DNA of 64,000 nucleotides from contig CM052818.1 in assembly GCA_028534125.1 (NCBI GenBank), positions 30,816,001 through 30,880,000 of the forward strand. Direction: 5' to 3'. Source of the stretch: Lama glama. Lineage: Eukaryota. Below, piece by piece: positions 35,287 to 47,559 of the stretch. Position 1 is the first letter of the stretch. Each line of letters begins with the position of its first letter. The translations under genes and the position numbers were made by a program. The notes under the pieces are model-generated. The model ran no database searches and had not been told where the DNA came from. It worked only from the letters and a program-made list of their open reading frames with translations.

Positions 35287-35646
35287 CCTGGCATTGAGCT
35301 CTCTCCTGAGGGGCTGAGGCATCAGCCAAGAGCTTCAAGCTTGGTCATGAGATGCTCGATCCCTTCCTCTCCACCACTGTCAGCAGGGTCCTCAGAGTCT
35401 GAAGAAATGAATTCAAATCCCAGTCTTAGCTCCAGGGACCTGCGTCAAGGTACTTCCCCATTCTGAATCTCTGCAGCCTCATCGATAAAACGGTGAGTAC
35501 CATACTAGCCTCACAGGGTGAGTTTCATAAGACGACATTTGAGCATGTCTGGCATTTGCCAGTGCACTTAAAAAGATTAACCTGATTTCTCCTCCATAGG
35601 GAGTCACCTTTCTTCCCTCATGGTGGCTTGTGCTGAGGCTGTGCAG

Positions 35647-35660
35647 GCACTAGATGGCGC
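35647..35660 (+). promoter_or_regulatory. Candidate CTCF site
   Basis: GCACTAGATGGCGC versus core consensus CCACYAGRKGGCGC (one mismatch). Confidence 0.6.
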
Positions 35661-37331
35661 TCTGTCCCTACACAAGAGCTCTTTCCTGGGTGCCTGACTG
35701 CAGAGGACAGCTTCAGCCTCCAGTCTGGGAGACCCTGGCTAATTTAGTGTCCTGCCAGCCTGACTCAGCTCAAAAGCCCAGCTTTAGCCCCACAGGGACT
35801 GACTGTCCTTTTCTTGCCTCCTTTTTCCTGCTTAGTTTTTAATTGATGCACTGCATTTTATTGTATACAGTTTATTCATTTCTGAAAAAAGCAAACTATG
35901 TTTTTAAGCCCTTGTTTCAAATGCATCTCTTTGACGATGCCCCTAGTCCACTCATTCTTGCACCCCAGCGCCTGGCTTAGTACCTAACTCACATTTGGTA
36001 TTTATTGAATGAATGAATGATTTTTGAAGTAATTTAAGGTGAGTCATTTAAAAAGTCCACCGATTTGAGTTTTTTAACTGAAAATATTAGTATGTGAAGT
36101 TAGCTTAGGGACATGACTTTCCTCTAGAAGGGTCCTTATGATGTTGCGTAAGGTACAGTTTCACTCTGATGCCAAGCACCATGCCCTGACCAAGAGGGCA
36201 GTTTAAACCACCTTTGAAAAGCTCACTAGACCCTGTCTGAAGACATTCTTCGTATCTTGACATTCCAGGGTCTTGGGCATCATTTTCTCGTATACATTCA
36301 GAGTTCATCCTCCCAGAGGGGTTAACAAGTTGAGCAAATTTCCAGGGACGTTTGCTTTTAGGGTGTTAGTGGCAGTAGAAGTTCTGTAAGCAGTGGGAAG
36401 GGGCTGGTCCTGGGCCAGATCCAGGCCAAGGTCAAGCCTAGTTATTCAGTCCTCATCTCCATCCTAAGCTTCGATGCGTGTAGCTGCTCCTGCTTACAGA
36501 AGAAAATGCAGACAGTAGTTGCACAGCTGGACACCGGCAGGGTGGGCTGGTGGAAGGAGGAGGGCCTCACCTTGGCAAGGAGTCTGAGTGTTTTTTGTTC
36601 TCCTGAAAAACTCTCCATGGGGCCTTAGATGGTTCCCTGACTTCTCAATTCAACTATTTACAAAAGTTATGTGTGCAGTTGGAGGAAGTTGGACTGTATA
36701 ACTTCTAAATCTGCCTCTGGCTGGAGATAAATTTGCCAGGAGCACAGGCTGAGCTTAAAAAAAGATGCTTGCTTGAGGCCAGCTTCACCATTTACTAGTG
36801 TAAATTACTTCTGGTGAGTTGCCAATGTATCTGTGGTCCCAAGGGAGACTGGATCACATGATCACGTAGATCAGCTGCTTAGCGTAGAGCCAGGCCTCCA
36901 CTCAGCAGAGCCCCCTGGATTCCACTGGGGGAGAAGGTAAGTGGTTTCTGAAACAGAGCAAACCAGAGGCCAGTTGGGTTTGCAGGCACTGCCTGGAAAG
37001 GGGCCTGTGAGATTGTTGCTGAGGTCAGCTCGTTGGTGTCCGAGTGCACATGTGAACGACACCAAGGCTTCCAGAACTGATGGTTTCTTTACATTAGACT
37101 ATGCCAGGCTGTCCAGGCTGTGAGGTTTGAATCCTGCAAGCTCTGTTGTGAAAGTTTTTGTTCTTAAGGGAGTGAGAATGATCCAGAGTGGGTGGGCTAG
37201 TGAAATGGGCGACACAGTTGACCAGAAGCCGGATGACGTGAGCTTATGTACCCTCTGCCACCAATTGGATGTGAAGCTGCGTGGCCTTGAAAAAGTCATT
37301 TAACCTCTCCGAGTATCACTGTATTCATCTT

Positions 37332-37410
37332 TTTTTTTTTTTTTAAATGGAGGTACTAGGGATTGAACCCAGGACCTTGTGCATGCTAAGCACACGCTTT
37401 ACCACCGAGC
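37332..37410 (-). mobile_element. tRNA-derived SINE (camelid vic-1-like), 5'-truncated, inserted in a MIR
   Basis: polyT + ggaggtactagggattgaacccaggaccttgtgcatgctaagc (Pol III B box on - strand); TSD tcatctt at 37325-37331 and 37411-37417. Confidence 0.85.
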
Positions 37411-39479
37411 TCATCTTCTGCTTTGGGCTGGTGACTCCGGCCTCCCAGGATGGTGGCAAAGATTAAATAAGATTGTTAAATAAGATTGCAGAACCCTTGC
37501 AAATCATAGAGTTGGGTCTAGGGGTTACTGTTCTCCTGGACAGATGTGGTGTCATGTGTTACTGGATTATTGGAGAATATTGGATTCTGCTCTAAAAAGT
37601 AAGAGAAACAATCAAGGAGGATAGAAAAAACTAAGTATAGAAGCAAATGGCTTGAGAGACGTGTTAGACATAGATAAAGAGACTGAACCATGGTGTGAAC
37701 GTGGATAGGAAGGGATGATGGAGCTGAGGAGGCTTGAATATTCATGACTCACATTAAATATGCATGAGGCCCGTGAAGCATCAAATATTCGGGCTAAACC
37801 AGACATACACGAGACCCACGAGGCACTCAATCTTCAATCAGCCGCCCATTGGTGATGCCCCATATGGTCCCACTCTAACCCCTAGAAATGCAGGTACGCA
37901 GCTATGGCTTTCAGCTGACTAATTGGTGGGCTGCAGCTGTGCCCCACCACCCCTACCCCGTCTCGCTGATAGAGCTCCTGTGTGGTTAGGCCCAGCACCT
38001 ACTGTTGTTTGGGTTCCTTGCTCAAGTTCAGCTCCAGTGCTTGTGACCACGCCATCAGCAGGAAGGGCTGATGTGCGGAGGCACAGGACATAGGAGCAGT
38101 GCATAGCCCAGGATTCAGTCCTGTGGTCCTTCCACAACATCCTAAGTACGCCTTGCTTTTTGCTGTGTTTTAAATTGATTCAATTAACCATGTGATCCGA
38201 GCCTCCTGCTTTGGTCTGAGAGCCCTTCTGTTTAGTGACTCAAGTAGCTCATAGGCAGTGAAGTTGGAGGCTACCATTGCAGCAAGGTAATCCCCCTCCC
38301 CCATATCTGGGGTCAGAACAGGGAAACGGGGGCTGGGGGTGGGAGGACTGCAAGCTTCAAACTGTAAGTGACTGACTCAAGGTTCTTGTGACTTAACTCT
38401 TTCTGGGCTGTCTCGTCAAGTTTCTCAGAACCCCAGAAGGGCCTGATAGGTGCCTTTGCAGTCAAGCCTGTTGTCAACCCAAACCCTGGTGGCTGTACAA
38501 CAGGCCATTCTGGAAGGGAGGGGAGGGGAGGAGGCTGTCCTGTCCTACTTCATGTCATCGGAGACCCGGACAAAGGCCAGGTTGAGAGTGTGACCGGATG
38601 AGGGCAGCTCTGGGCAGGCAGGGGTGCAGAGGAGGTGTCCCCAGACCCTGCGGTCTTGCCGAGCCATCCTTCCTCAGTAGAGTCCCCAGGGAGGCAGAGG
38701 AAGAGAGGGAAGGAAGAGGTTTAATAGGCGACTTCAGAACTGCTCCCCCGCTTTGCCCTCCCCCACTCAGCCGGAAGGCATCTCGTTCCATCCGTCTTGT
38801 GAGATGTGTGATACAGAGGGCACAAGAAGCACACGGGGCATTCTGTGAATGAGCAAGCCCCCCCCCCCCCAGCTCAGATGCACCCCATGCAAGACCAGGC
38901 TCTCTGGGCAGGGGCTTTAAAAACCCCTTTCTACCTCCATGGAATCTTACTGAACATTCGGAGAGCTGTCGGGCCCAGTGCTTCCTTTCTAGGGATGGTC
39001 CTTGTGGAGGAAACTATCTTATTGTACGGGTATTACTGTGGGTCCAGTCAGGAGAGAGAAACCACATAGTAAGTTGAACAGGGACGTTCATATAAAGACT
39101 TTTTAACTGTAACGGGATTGGATTAACGAGGGATGGGGTATAGAAAGTAATAAGAGAGCTAAATAAAGCAACCATAGTAGATACGAGGGTACCACTATCC
39201 CTAGGGCTGAGATAGGGGGACCAAGAAAGAACCCCCTTCCCAAACCCAGAGCTGATCCAAGCCTTGGTAGAGAGGGCACGGCTGTGGTTCCTGCACAGCC
39301 GAGAAGTCACTGAGGGCCAGGTAACGTCGCAGACTTGCTGGAGATCTCTACTCTGGAATTGCTCCAGATCTGCTCTCTAGAACCTGCTGGAAATCTGCCC
39401 TCTGGGGAGCCAAGGAAAACAGCATGTGGGAAGGGATCTCACCAGGGGTTCTCTGTCCTTGTACTTCCCCGGGACAGCA

Positions 39480-39812
39480 TATTGAAAAGGCATGAGTTCA
39501 AAGGTTGAGATTTACTAAAATTCATCATTTTTTACTGCTTTATCGAAGATATTCTTAAATGAAATTGGCTTTCTCCTCTGTTCTCCTGCAAATGTGTGAG
39601 GGTGTTAAACATGGCGTCAGGCAGGGCTTGGTCTGACTGTAAGGCACCAGCTGTTTCCTGACCACTGCTTCTGCACCATGGGAGTAAACGTCAACACAGC
39701 AAAAAAGGACAAGAACAGTTTAGTGTTATTATGCAAATAGTTTGGGCCCTGCAGGGCCCCTGAAAGGATCCTGAAATCCCAGGGGTCCACAGACCACCCT
39801 TGGAGAACTGCT
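39480..39812. mobile_element. Charlie1-like hAT DNA transposon end
   Basis: ttagtgttattatgcaaatagttt...cccctgaaagg...ggggtccacagaccacccttggagaactgctg. Confidence 0.75.
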
Positions 39813-40092
39813 GAGTCACCTGGCTTGGCCAAATTCCTAGACTAGTGAGTAGAGTCAGAATTTAAATATCAGGCTTCAAAACCTGGGTCGTTTCCATCAA
39901 AACTGTTTGGGTTCCCAATAAATAACATACCTCTTCCTCGTCCAGAATCTTAAGTTGAGAAATAAAACTAGAGTCCCAATGTCGTTTTATTACTGATAGA
40001 GACCAGGTTGGAGGACAGAACTAGCCTTAGGTCTGTCAAACAAGCTGTCTTGATAATTCCAAACCCTATCAGCCATGCAGCTGGAAACAGAC

Positions 40093-40144
40093 TGCGTGTG
40101 TGTGTGCGTGCATGCGTGCGTGCGTGCGTGCGTGTGTGTGTGTA
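40093..40144. repeat. Compound (TG)n/(TGCG)n microsatellite
   Basis: About 52 nt of uninterrupted purine-pyrimidine alternation. Confidence 0.95.
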
Positions 40145-41884
40145 GGGCTGGGAAGGGCGTAGGGAGCACTGCTCCAGAGAGACAGCAGAACCAGAACACG
40201 GGAACACGGGTGGTCTGCAGCTGCTCACCCCCAGGAGGTAGAAGGCAGGGCTGAGCTGAGCATGGGCAGTTATTCCCATGTCAGAGGAGCCTCTTGCCCT
40301 TCATAAAGCAAGAGAGAAACCCGGCCTTAGAACAGGAGCCTCAGATGCTTCCGGCCCTCACATTCCATGTTTGAGACATTTTCCGTCCACCCCATGTCTG
40401 TGTCCTACCCAGACAAAGACCGCCTCTGAGAAGCCACTTCCCAAGATTTCTCGTCATTTCTCAGATACGCTCAGCACCCATCCTCAGTGCCTTTGCAACT
40501 GCCTATGTCATAGACCACAAGTAACCAGGTCCTGTTTTAGACCAACAAGGCATGCCAGAAGTCCCCTTATTAGGAGGCAGTGGGAGGTGGAGGCAGAGAT
40601 GCAGGCTAGTTTCTGGCAGGGCTTCTGAGTGCTGTGCTGTAGCTTCACAGTTCAAGACTCAACTGGTCAGGGCACCTGGAAGTGGCCAGTCCCTGGGAAC
40701 CTGGGTCCCCACTGCCGTGTTCATGTACTGGCAATGCTCCTCCATCTGGAGGAGGCCCCCTTAGAGTGACTGGTTGCTCGTGTCCGCCCTCCTAGAAGCA
40801 CCACCTCTGGGGACCTCGAAAAGCAAACTAGTTATTAGATGCTAAACAGACTTAAAGCCCAGGGAGTGAGACGAGACTGGGCCGTTACAGCATAGGCCTT
40901 TCTAGTGATTAAATATTTGTGCCACCAGCTGCGCGCCCCCGCCCCCATCTTCCCCCCCGGCCGGCGTTCCCCGACAGCGGAGAGCTCTGCTTTCTGACTG
41001 CGCCGGAATCAGCTGTCAGTCACTTTCACTCATCAGCTTGCGCTTGTATGACATCATCTTCTTCCTCTGAACACATGGAGCGCTCGTGGCGGGCTGCGCC
41101 GTCCAAGTTTACAGATCATCTTCTGTCGACTGCGTTTTTGAGAGGCTGCTTCCCTGAGTGTATGGGGAGGACCCATAATTCCACAACACGTGCTCTCCCG
41201 GTCACCACCAGTTAATCCCCATCAGGAGGGTGGGTTCCCATTAGGCCTGATTAAAGAGATTCTCTGTGATCTGCCCTGCCCTTAAAGCACCACATGCGTT
41301 GGTTTATTTGACTAATAGCTGCTGCCTTTAATGTTGCTGGGAACCCAGGGGAGCTTGTATAAATATCCTTTAAGCCAAAGGCAGTAGGAAGTGTGTAGGG
41401 GCCTTAGGCAGAGCCAGCCTTTGAGTTAAGTAAAAGTTTGGGATTCTGAAACTGGAAGTTTTTCCACCCCTCACAAATAATTTTTTTTAAAGGCAGGCAA
41501 CAATTAAATGTTATTCGTAGGCATTTAGAAGTTAATTTTTAGAAGAAACAAAGACCTTAAAGATGAACCCTAGGTCTTTATCTTCAAGTGTGAATTCCCC
41601 CCTGAGAACCCCACATCTATGAAGTTTCATTTGGCTAGTATCTGTTTATTCTCTACAGCGTGGTCTCTTAACTGTAAGAGCTCTCATTATTAAAGCCCAT
41701 TCATAAAGAAAGTGGTCTTTAAAGGAGCTCAGTTTTGCTTCAAAGCCGAAGTTCTTAACTTGATTGTTTACTTGGTTTAAAAGAGTTGACCGTGGGGTTT
41801 GGGTAATTTACATGCTGTAGGGGACCTAGATAACCTCCTCAGTGTGTCTGACCTTTGGGATCTTAGATCAGAGTTGCCTAGGGT

Positions 41885-42040
41885 TGTTTATTATTATTAT
41901 TATTATTAATTATTATTTTATTTATTTAGGGGCGGTAATTAGGTTTATTTGCTTATATTTAGTGGAGTTACTGGGGAATTGAATGCAGGACCTCGTGCAT
42001 GCTAAGCAGTCGCTCTACCACTGAGCTGTACTTTCCCCTC
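41885..42040 (-). mobile_element. tRNA-derived SINE (camelid vic-1-like), near full length with (TTA)n tail
   Basis: ggtaattaggtttattt...ctggggaattgaatgcaggacctcgtgcatgctaagcagtcgctctaccactgagct; homologous to the copy at 37332. Confidence 0.85.
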
Positions 42041-42338
42041 AAGGGTTTTAATCACACAGCTTCCAAGAGCCCCTAGATCACCCTCTTCATTTTAACATAC
42101 AGCAGTTTCACTTCATGTCACGTTCCTCCAGCTTACAGATGATTTTCTGTTGGTTGCACTTTAGAGCGGCTGTTTCTCTGGGCATGCAGGGAGACACCTT
42201 AATTCACCACTTACATTAGAGATTCTGGGGCCAAGACTTGACAATCCAGGTATTCACAAAACTCATATTGTCACAAAAAAACCCCACTAAAATGATCCTG
42301 ATGTATGCAAAGATCTTATGTGCTTCAGAACCTACTAA

Positions 42339-42474
42339 GTTGGCTTTGCCAGATTTCTTTGTTCCCTCCCTGCCTCTCCAAGATGGGCTCCAGAGGTAGG
42401 TTGCAGGTTGGCTTTGCCAGATTTCTTTGTTCCCTCCCTGCCTCTCCAAGATGGGCTCCAGAGGTAGGTTGCAG
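42339..42474. repeat. Perfect 68-bp tandem duplication
   Basis: 42339-42406 is identical to 42407-42474. Confidence 0.96.
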
Positions 42475-43549
42475 GACATACCAGACTCATGCAAGGTACC
42501 CATTGGCTGGGCACTGGGAGCACTGACCTCTTGGCAGAGTGGGAAGTGCTGGGTGGTTTGTGCACTGCTGCATCCTTCCTCCTGTGCTGCTCTCTCAGAT
42601 CTGTGCTTTCTCTGGATCTCCCCAGCTGCCAGGGATCTGAGGGTGCTGAATCTGACCCGTGGGCAGTGTGTGTACCTTGCTGAGAAGAGGGCAAAGCTGG
42701 CATTTTGCTTCCTGGTGCTGACATGCACCCGTAATTTTAGGGTCTTCATCTGCTTTGGTAGATAAATCACAAACATTTCCATGAATAACCACGTCTGTTA
42801 TGCAAATTGGTTTCCGTCTGCTGGTCTGTTGAGAATAATGTTCCATAATTACAAGTTACTTACTTATGGGCAAATCAGCTTTCTTACCACCGTCTCTGTT
42901 TGAGAGAGGCCTCCAACTGCTGCAGGAGCCCGCGTGGCTGGAAGGGCTGGAGGGCTCTGCCTCATTGGGCCCCTGGTCTGAGTTTGCAGGTCCTGGGGCA
43001 GAGAAGCATCCAAATACCACCCGCCAATGAGGGGGGAAGGCCCCCTCTTGGCTTCTCTGGTCTAAGATGTCTAGGACACAGCTAGTTGAGAATACAAGTC
43101 ACGTGGAACAAATGGAAGAGAATTAAGACCTAAAATGTATGGTTCTGCTGAGGATCAGTGCAGTGAGTATTTAGCAAGAAAGAGAGTGGTGTGGCCTGAA
43201 CAATTCTGAGATGGCTTCCGGGAGAGGAACTTGCCCAGGGCTTGGGAAAATGGAAAGGATTCCAGGAGGGGCCTCAGGTGGGAAGGCATTCCCAGGTCCA
43301 GAGCAGAGGCTACAGAAAAAATAATGTCCCGTGACCGGTCTGGGTACAGGGCTGTGGGCCTCCCAGCCTGGAAGAAACTAGGGTGTACTGAGCTGCTGCT
43401 CTCTGGCCTGTGCCATGTCAGGTTCGATTAATTGGCTGCAAACAATAGTGAGGGAAGTAGGAGTATCTCCAGACTAGGGTGCTGTGGCAGAGAGAAATTA
43501 GGTTGCCTAACATTACAGAATCAGAAAGACAAGGTTGGAAAAGGAGGCA

Positions 43550-43755
43550 GGATACAAACTACTATATACAGAATAGACAAGCAATAAGGTCCTGCTGTGT
43601 AGCACAGGGAACTATATTCAGTAGCTTGAAATAACCTATCATGAAAAAGAATGTGAAAAGAATGTATATATGTCATCGAATCACTATGCTAGACACCTAG
43701 AAACTAACACAACATTGTAAATCAACTGTACTTCAATTAAAAAAGAAAAAAAAAA
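43550..43755 (+). mobile_element. LINE-1 3' end with polyA tail
   Basis: tagcacagggaactatattcag...aacacaacattgtaaatcaactgtacttcaattaaaaaagaaaaaaaaaa. Confidence 0.9.
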
Positions 43756-45344
43756 CCAAGATAATGGGAGTTCTACAACTCCAGAGAGAGTAATTGGGAC
43801 ATGACTAGATAGGATCTTGACCTCTGGTGAAACGACAGCGTTAGGAGAATGAATCAGATTAGAGGTGTAGTGGGGGAGGGGGGAGGGTGGTCATGCTTTC
43901 TTTTCTGAATCTTTTGTCTTCCATCCCCCAAATAATCTTTTTCACCTTAATTTTGTAAATTGAATCCAGTAAGCATCTTATCCATATTTTTATTTTTCAT
44001 CCTTCACAGATCAGGAAAATGAGACCAAGGAAAAGTGTGTCACCAGAAGTTTGATCTTTTGTACTAGCTGGTCACAGAGTGCTGACTGTCCTGGGATTTG
44101 GTCTGTCACCTTTAGTTATAGTCAGTAATACTATTGATATCATAGGAAGTTCATTCCCTGCTTTCAGTACTGCCCAGAGTCCCTGATAGAACACAGTCCT
44201 TGTCTTTAAACAGCTTCCATTCCAATAGGGAAGAATTCAGAGTTTTTATTGGGCAGGGGCATAGGAGAGCTACTAGATCACATGCTGAAAAGCCCTTTTG
44301 ATCTACATGGCTGCCATCTTGCTGGGAAAGGGTCAGAACTCTGAAGGCCTGGGTATCCCAAAGAGCTTAAGCGACACAAAGAGGCTGCTAAGAGATAAAA
44401 CTAAAATTTGAACTGGATGAACTAAATAGAGTATTTTCCCTTCACTCTTTAGTGGATGGAGGGCAGGATTGGGAAGGGAGTAGGGGCTTGAGAGGAAGAT
44501 TATTTCAGCTATGGAAAAATAAAGGAGTAATACTTTCTCCACACAGTAGTTATAATGTCAGTAACTTTGTGGCCTGATCAATGAGCACAGGGAGTTTTCT
44601 AGAAGGAACAATTTGTATATTACTCATTTGTACATTTATTCCAAGTGTTTATTGAGCACCTTGGTCATGCCAAGAACTGTGCAAGGCTGGGTATTCAGAG
44701 AGGAATCGATCCAGTCTTGTTCTCCATAATTCACAGTCTAGTTAAAGAGACCCCAATACACAGGAAATTAAAATCAACATGGGTTCTGATGAGGGGTGAG
44801 TGGAAGGGGTATTGTAAGTCCAAGGAGGGTCCATAGTCCAGGGTCAGGAAAAGCTCCCAGGCAGAGGCAACATCTTCTCACCATGCTCCAGCCAGCTGTA
44901 GATTCCTCTCTACTCCAGGGCATTTTCATTCTCTGTTCCCTCAGGATTGAATGCTGTTCCCCCTCCTTTTGACCATCTCCTCCCATTCATCTTGAAGTCT
45001 TGGCATAAACACCACTTTCTCAGAGGGGATTCCCTGACCTCACTCCCCCCAAAATCTAAGTGTTGCTTTTCTTTCCTACCACCCCATTCCTTTATAAGAC
45101 AAATATGTCTATATCTATGTTAATATTTAAATAACTGTTTCTTGTTCCTACTAGCATGGAAACTCCTCAAGGTGGACTTTCCTCTACTGTGTATACAATA
45201 GTGTCTCCCATACAGAGGACACTCAGTAAATATTGGTGGGACACATGAATAAAATTGCCCAACAAAGTCAAGTCAGGAAACCTGAATCTCAGTTTCTTCA
45301 TCTGCAAAATGGGTTTATATACCTGCTTCATAGGTTTTTCTGGA

Positions 45345-45826
45345 GTGGGGTTGCCTGAGCAGTGTCCCCACAGATTTCACATCCTAATCCCTGGAACCTG
45401 TGAATATGTGACCTTTATGGCAAAAGGGACTTTGTAGATATGATTAAATTAAAGATTTTGAGATGGGCAGATTATCTTGGATTATCCAGTTGGATCTGAT
45501 GTAATCACAGGGGTCCTTATAAAAGAGAGGCAGGAGATCAGAGGGACAAAAGGTGATGTGGTCACAGAAGCAGAGAGAGACCTGAAGATGTTATGTGGCT
45601 GGGCTCGAAGGTGCAGGAAGGGATCACAGACCAAGGACTACAAGTTGGAAAAGACAAGAAACAGATTCTCCCCTGATGCCTTCACAACTCCCGCTGATAC
45701 CTTGATTTAGTCCTGCAAGACTCCTTTTGGACTTCTGACTTCTAGAGCTGAAAGAGAAAAAAAAAGTTATTTTAAGCATCTTAAATTTGTAGTGATTTGT
45801 TACAGCAGCAATAGGGAACTAATACA
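45345..45826 (+). mobile_element. MaLR LTR (MLT1D-like) inserted into a MIR
   Basis: cctaatccctggaacctgtgaatatgtgacc...ggcaaaagggactttg...gttacagcagcaatagggaactaataca. Confidence 0.88.
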
Positions 45827-47164
45827 TGTAGGGATCAAATAAGATCATCTGTGGGAAGATTCTTGGAAAAACACAAAGCCAGGCATCATTATTAGTTTTT
45901 GATAACTCACCCCTTGTTTATTCCATTTCTCTGTGGTGCTATGTAAGTTCCAGCCACTATAATGAGGAGAGATGCTTGAATAATAGCCCAACACCCCAAG
46001 GAAGGGTACTTTTTCATAGTTTATAATTGCCATAGAGCTTGAAAATCTTCCAGGTCTTATCGTTCTTAATTATGCTCTCATGCATATGTATCAATTACCC
46101 ACATGCTCCTACCTAGCTTGTTACTGCAAAGATATTTTAAAAAATATATATTTGGAACCATTTCCTCTGCATGCATCTCCCTCTGAAAATATCCTATGAA
46201 ATATTTCACCTCCACTGCAGTAATCTGCTCCATTTGGGACATGCTTGCCAATCTTCCTCTGCATGACGAAATTAAACCTCCACTGTCATCTGCTGCAGTC
46301 TCCTGCCTGCTTATTCTACCTGGCAGTTCTCTCCTTGTAACTCCTGGTGGCTGAATTGCAAATTTGTTTCTCTGGGTTTGTGTCCGCTTTGCTGGGCATG
46401 GTATGCAATCTGGGAAGGACCAGGGAGTGCCTAACCCAGCAGGTTATATTGAAACCTGGAGCGGGGAGAAAGGGTGTTGATATTTTTTGCTTGCTGTTTC
46501 CTTCTGTTAGAAGTGGCTCTGCAGGGTCTATACTTCTGGGCCACTGAATTCCAGCTGAGTCTCAGTGCTGGAGAAGCAGTTCTGACTGCAAATCAGTGAC
46601 TTGGCCAAATGATAGCATGTGAATTCCTCAAGTGGCCCTTCTGGTGATTTTTGGTCCCACCTGACTCAGTTTTCCAATTTGCGAGTCAGTTCTCTTCTCC
46701 CCTGATCCTACCTTCCCTTCTGATCCTTTTCTCCCTGACTGTTCCCTGTCAAGGAAATGCCTATAGGAACTATATCTGCTTCTGTCTGTTGGGAAAATCA
46801 AAGCAGATCTTCATTTTCATCAAATAGACCAATGTCATTCTGTTGGTAATGGTCTACCTAATTTTTTGACTGATACACTGAACTTAAAAAATTATTTTGT
46901 GAAAGAGGATATATCACCTTTGAAACCTCTATTTTATAACATGTGAGTTGTTATCATTAGGTTAAACCTTTAGCCTCTCTGCATCTTGGTTTCTTTATCT
47001 GTAAAATGAAGATAATAATATAAATATGGTAGTGTCATTGGGAGGATTAAATGACTTACCGTGTAAAATGCTTGGCACGTTATGGAGCACAGTTGCTTGG
47101 AAAATACTTATTCCCTCCTCTGCCCCCTCCCTCCATGCTCATGCTTGAGCTGCATACACACTCC

Positions 47165-47320
47165 CTGGGGGTTTTGCTTTAGAGGACGATCCTGGGGTCT
47201 TAGTCCAGAGAATCAGATTCACCTGGTCTCAGGAGAAGCCTAGGAATCTGCACTTGGATCAAGCTGTCCAGGTGACATTGACGCAGATGGTCTTCAGAGT
47301 CTACTTCTAGAGACTGTTCC
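47165..47320. mobile_element. MER5-like hAT element
   Basis: aatcagattcacctgg...cctaggaatctgcactt...ccaggtgacattgacgcag. Confidence 0.6.
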
Positions 47321-47559
47321 GTGGGATGTAAAGTTGCTGAGTTTGGACCATGAACATCTTCAAGGCTTCTCCTGTGTGGTGTCACTTTGTGTATAATCAC
47401 AGTGCCTGTCACAGAGGAGGCCCTAATACACATTGGCCAGTGTTAAATGAGTACGTCTGTGTGCTTTTCATATGACTTGATGTATTTTTTCAGGTTTTAC
47501 TCCACACTGGGCAATTAGAAGGCTATGTATAAAGTACACCAGTGCGACAACCCATCCTC

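Noticed and set aside
37345..37410. tRNA-like sequence as a tRNA gene
   Set aside because: It has a polyA tail and TSD, and lacks a full cloverleaf; it is a SINE
42216..42782. 188-aa ORF and overlapping ORFs with internal repeats
   Set aside because: The repeated peptides come from the 68-bp DNA duplication; no protein family features or splice context
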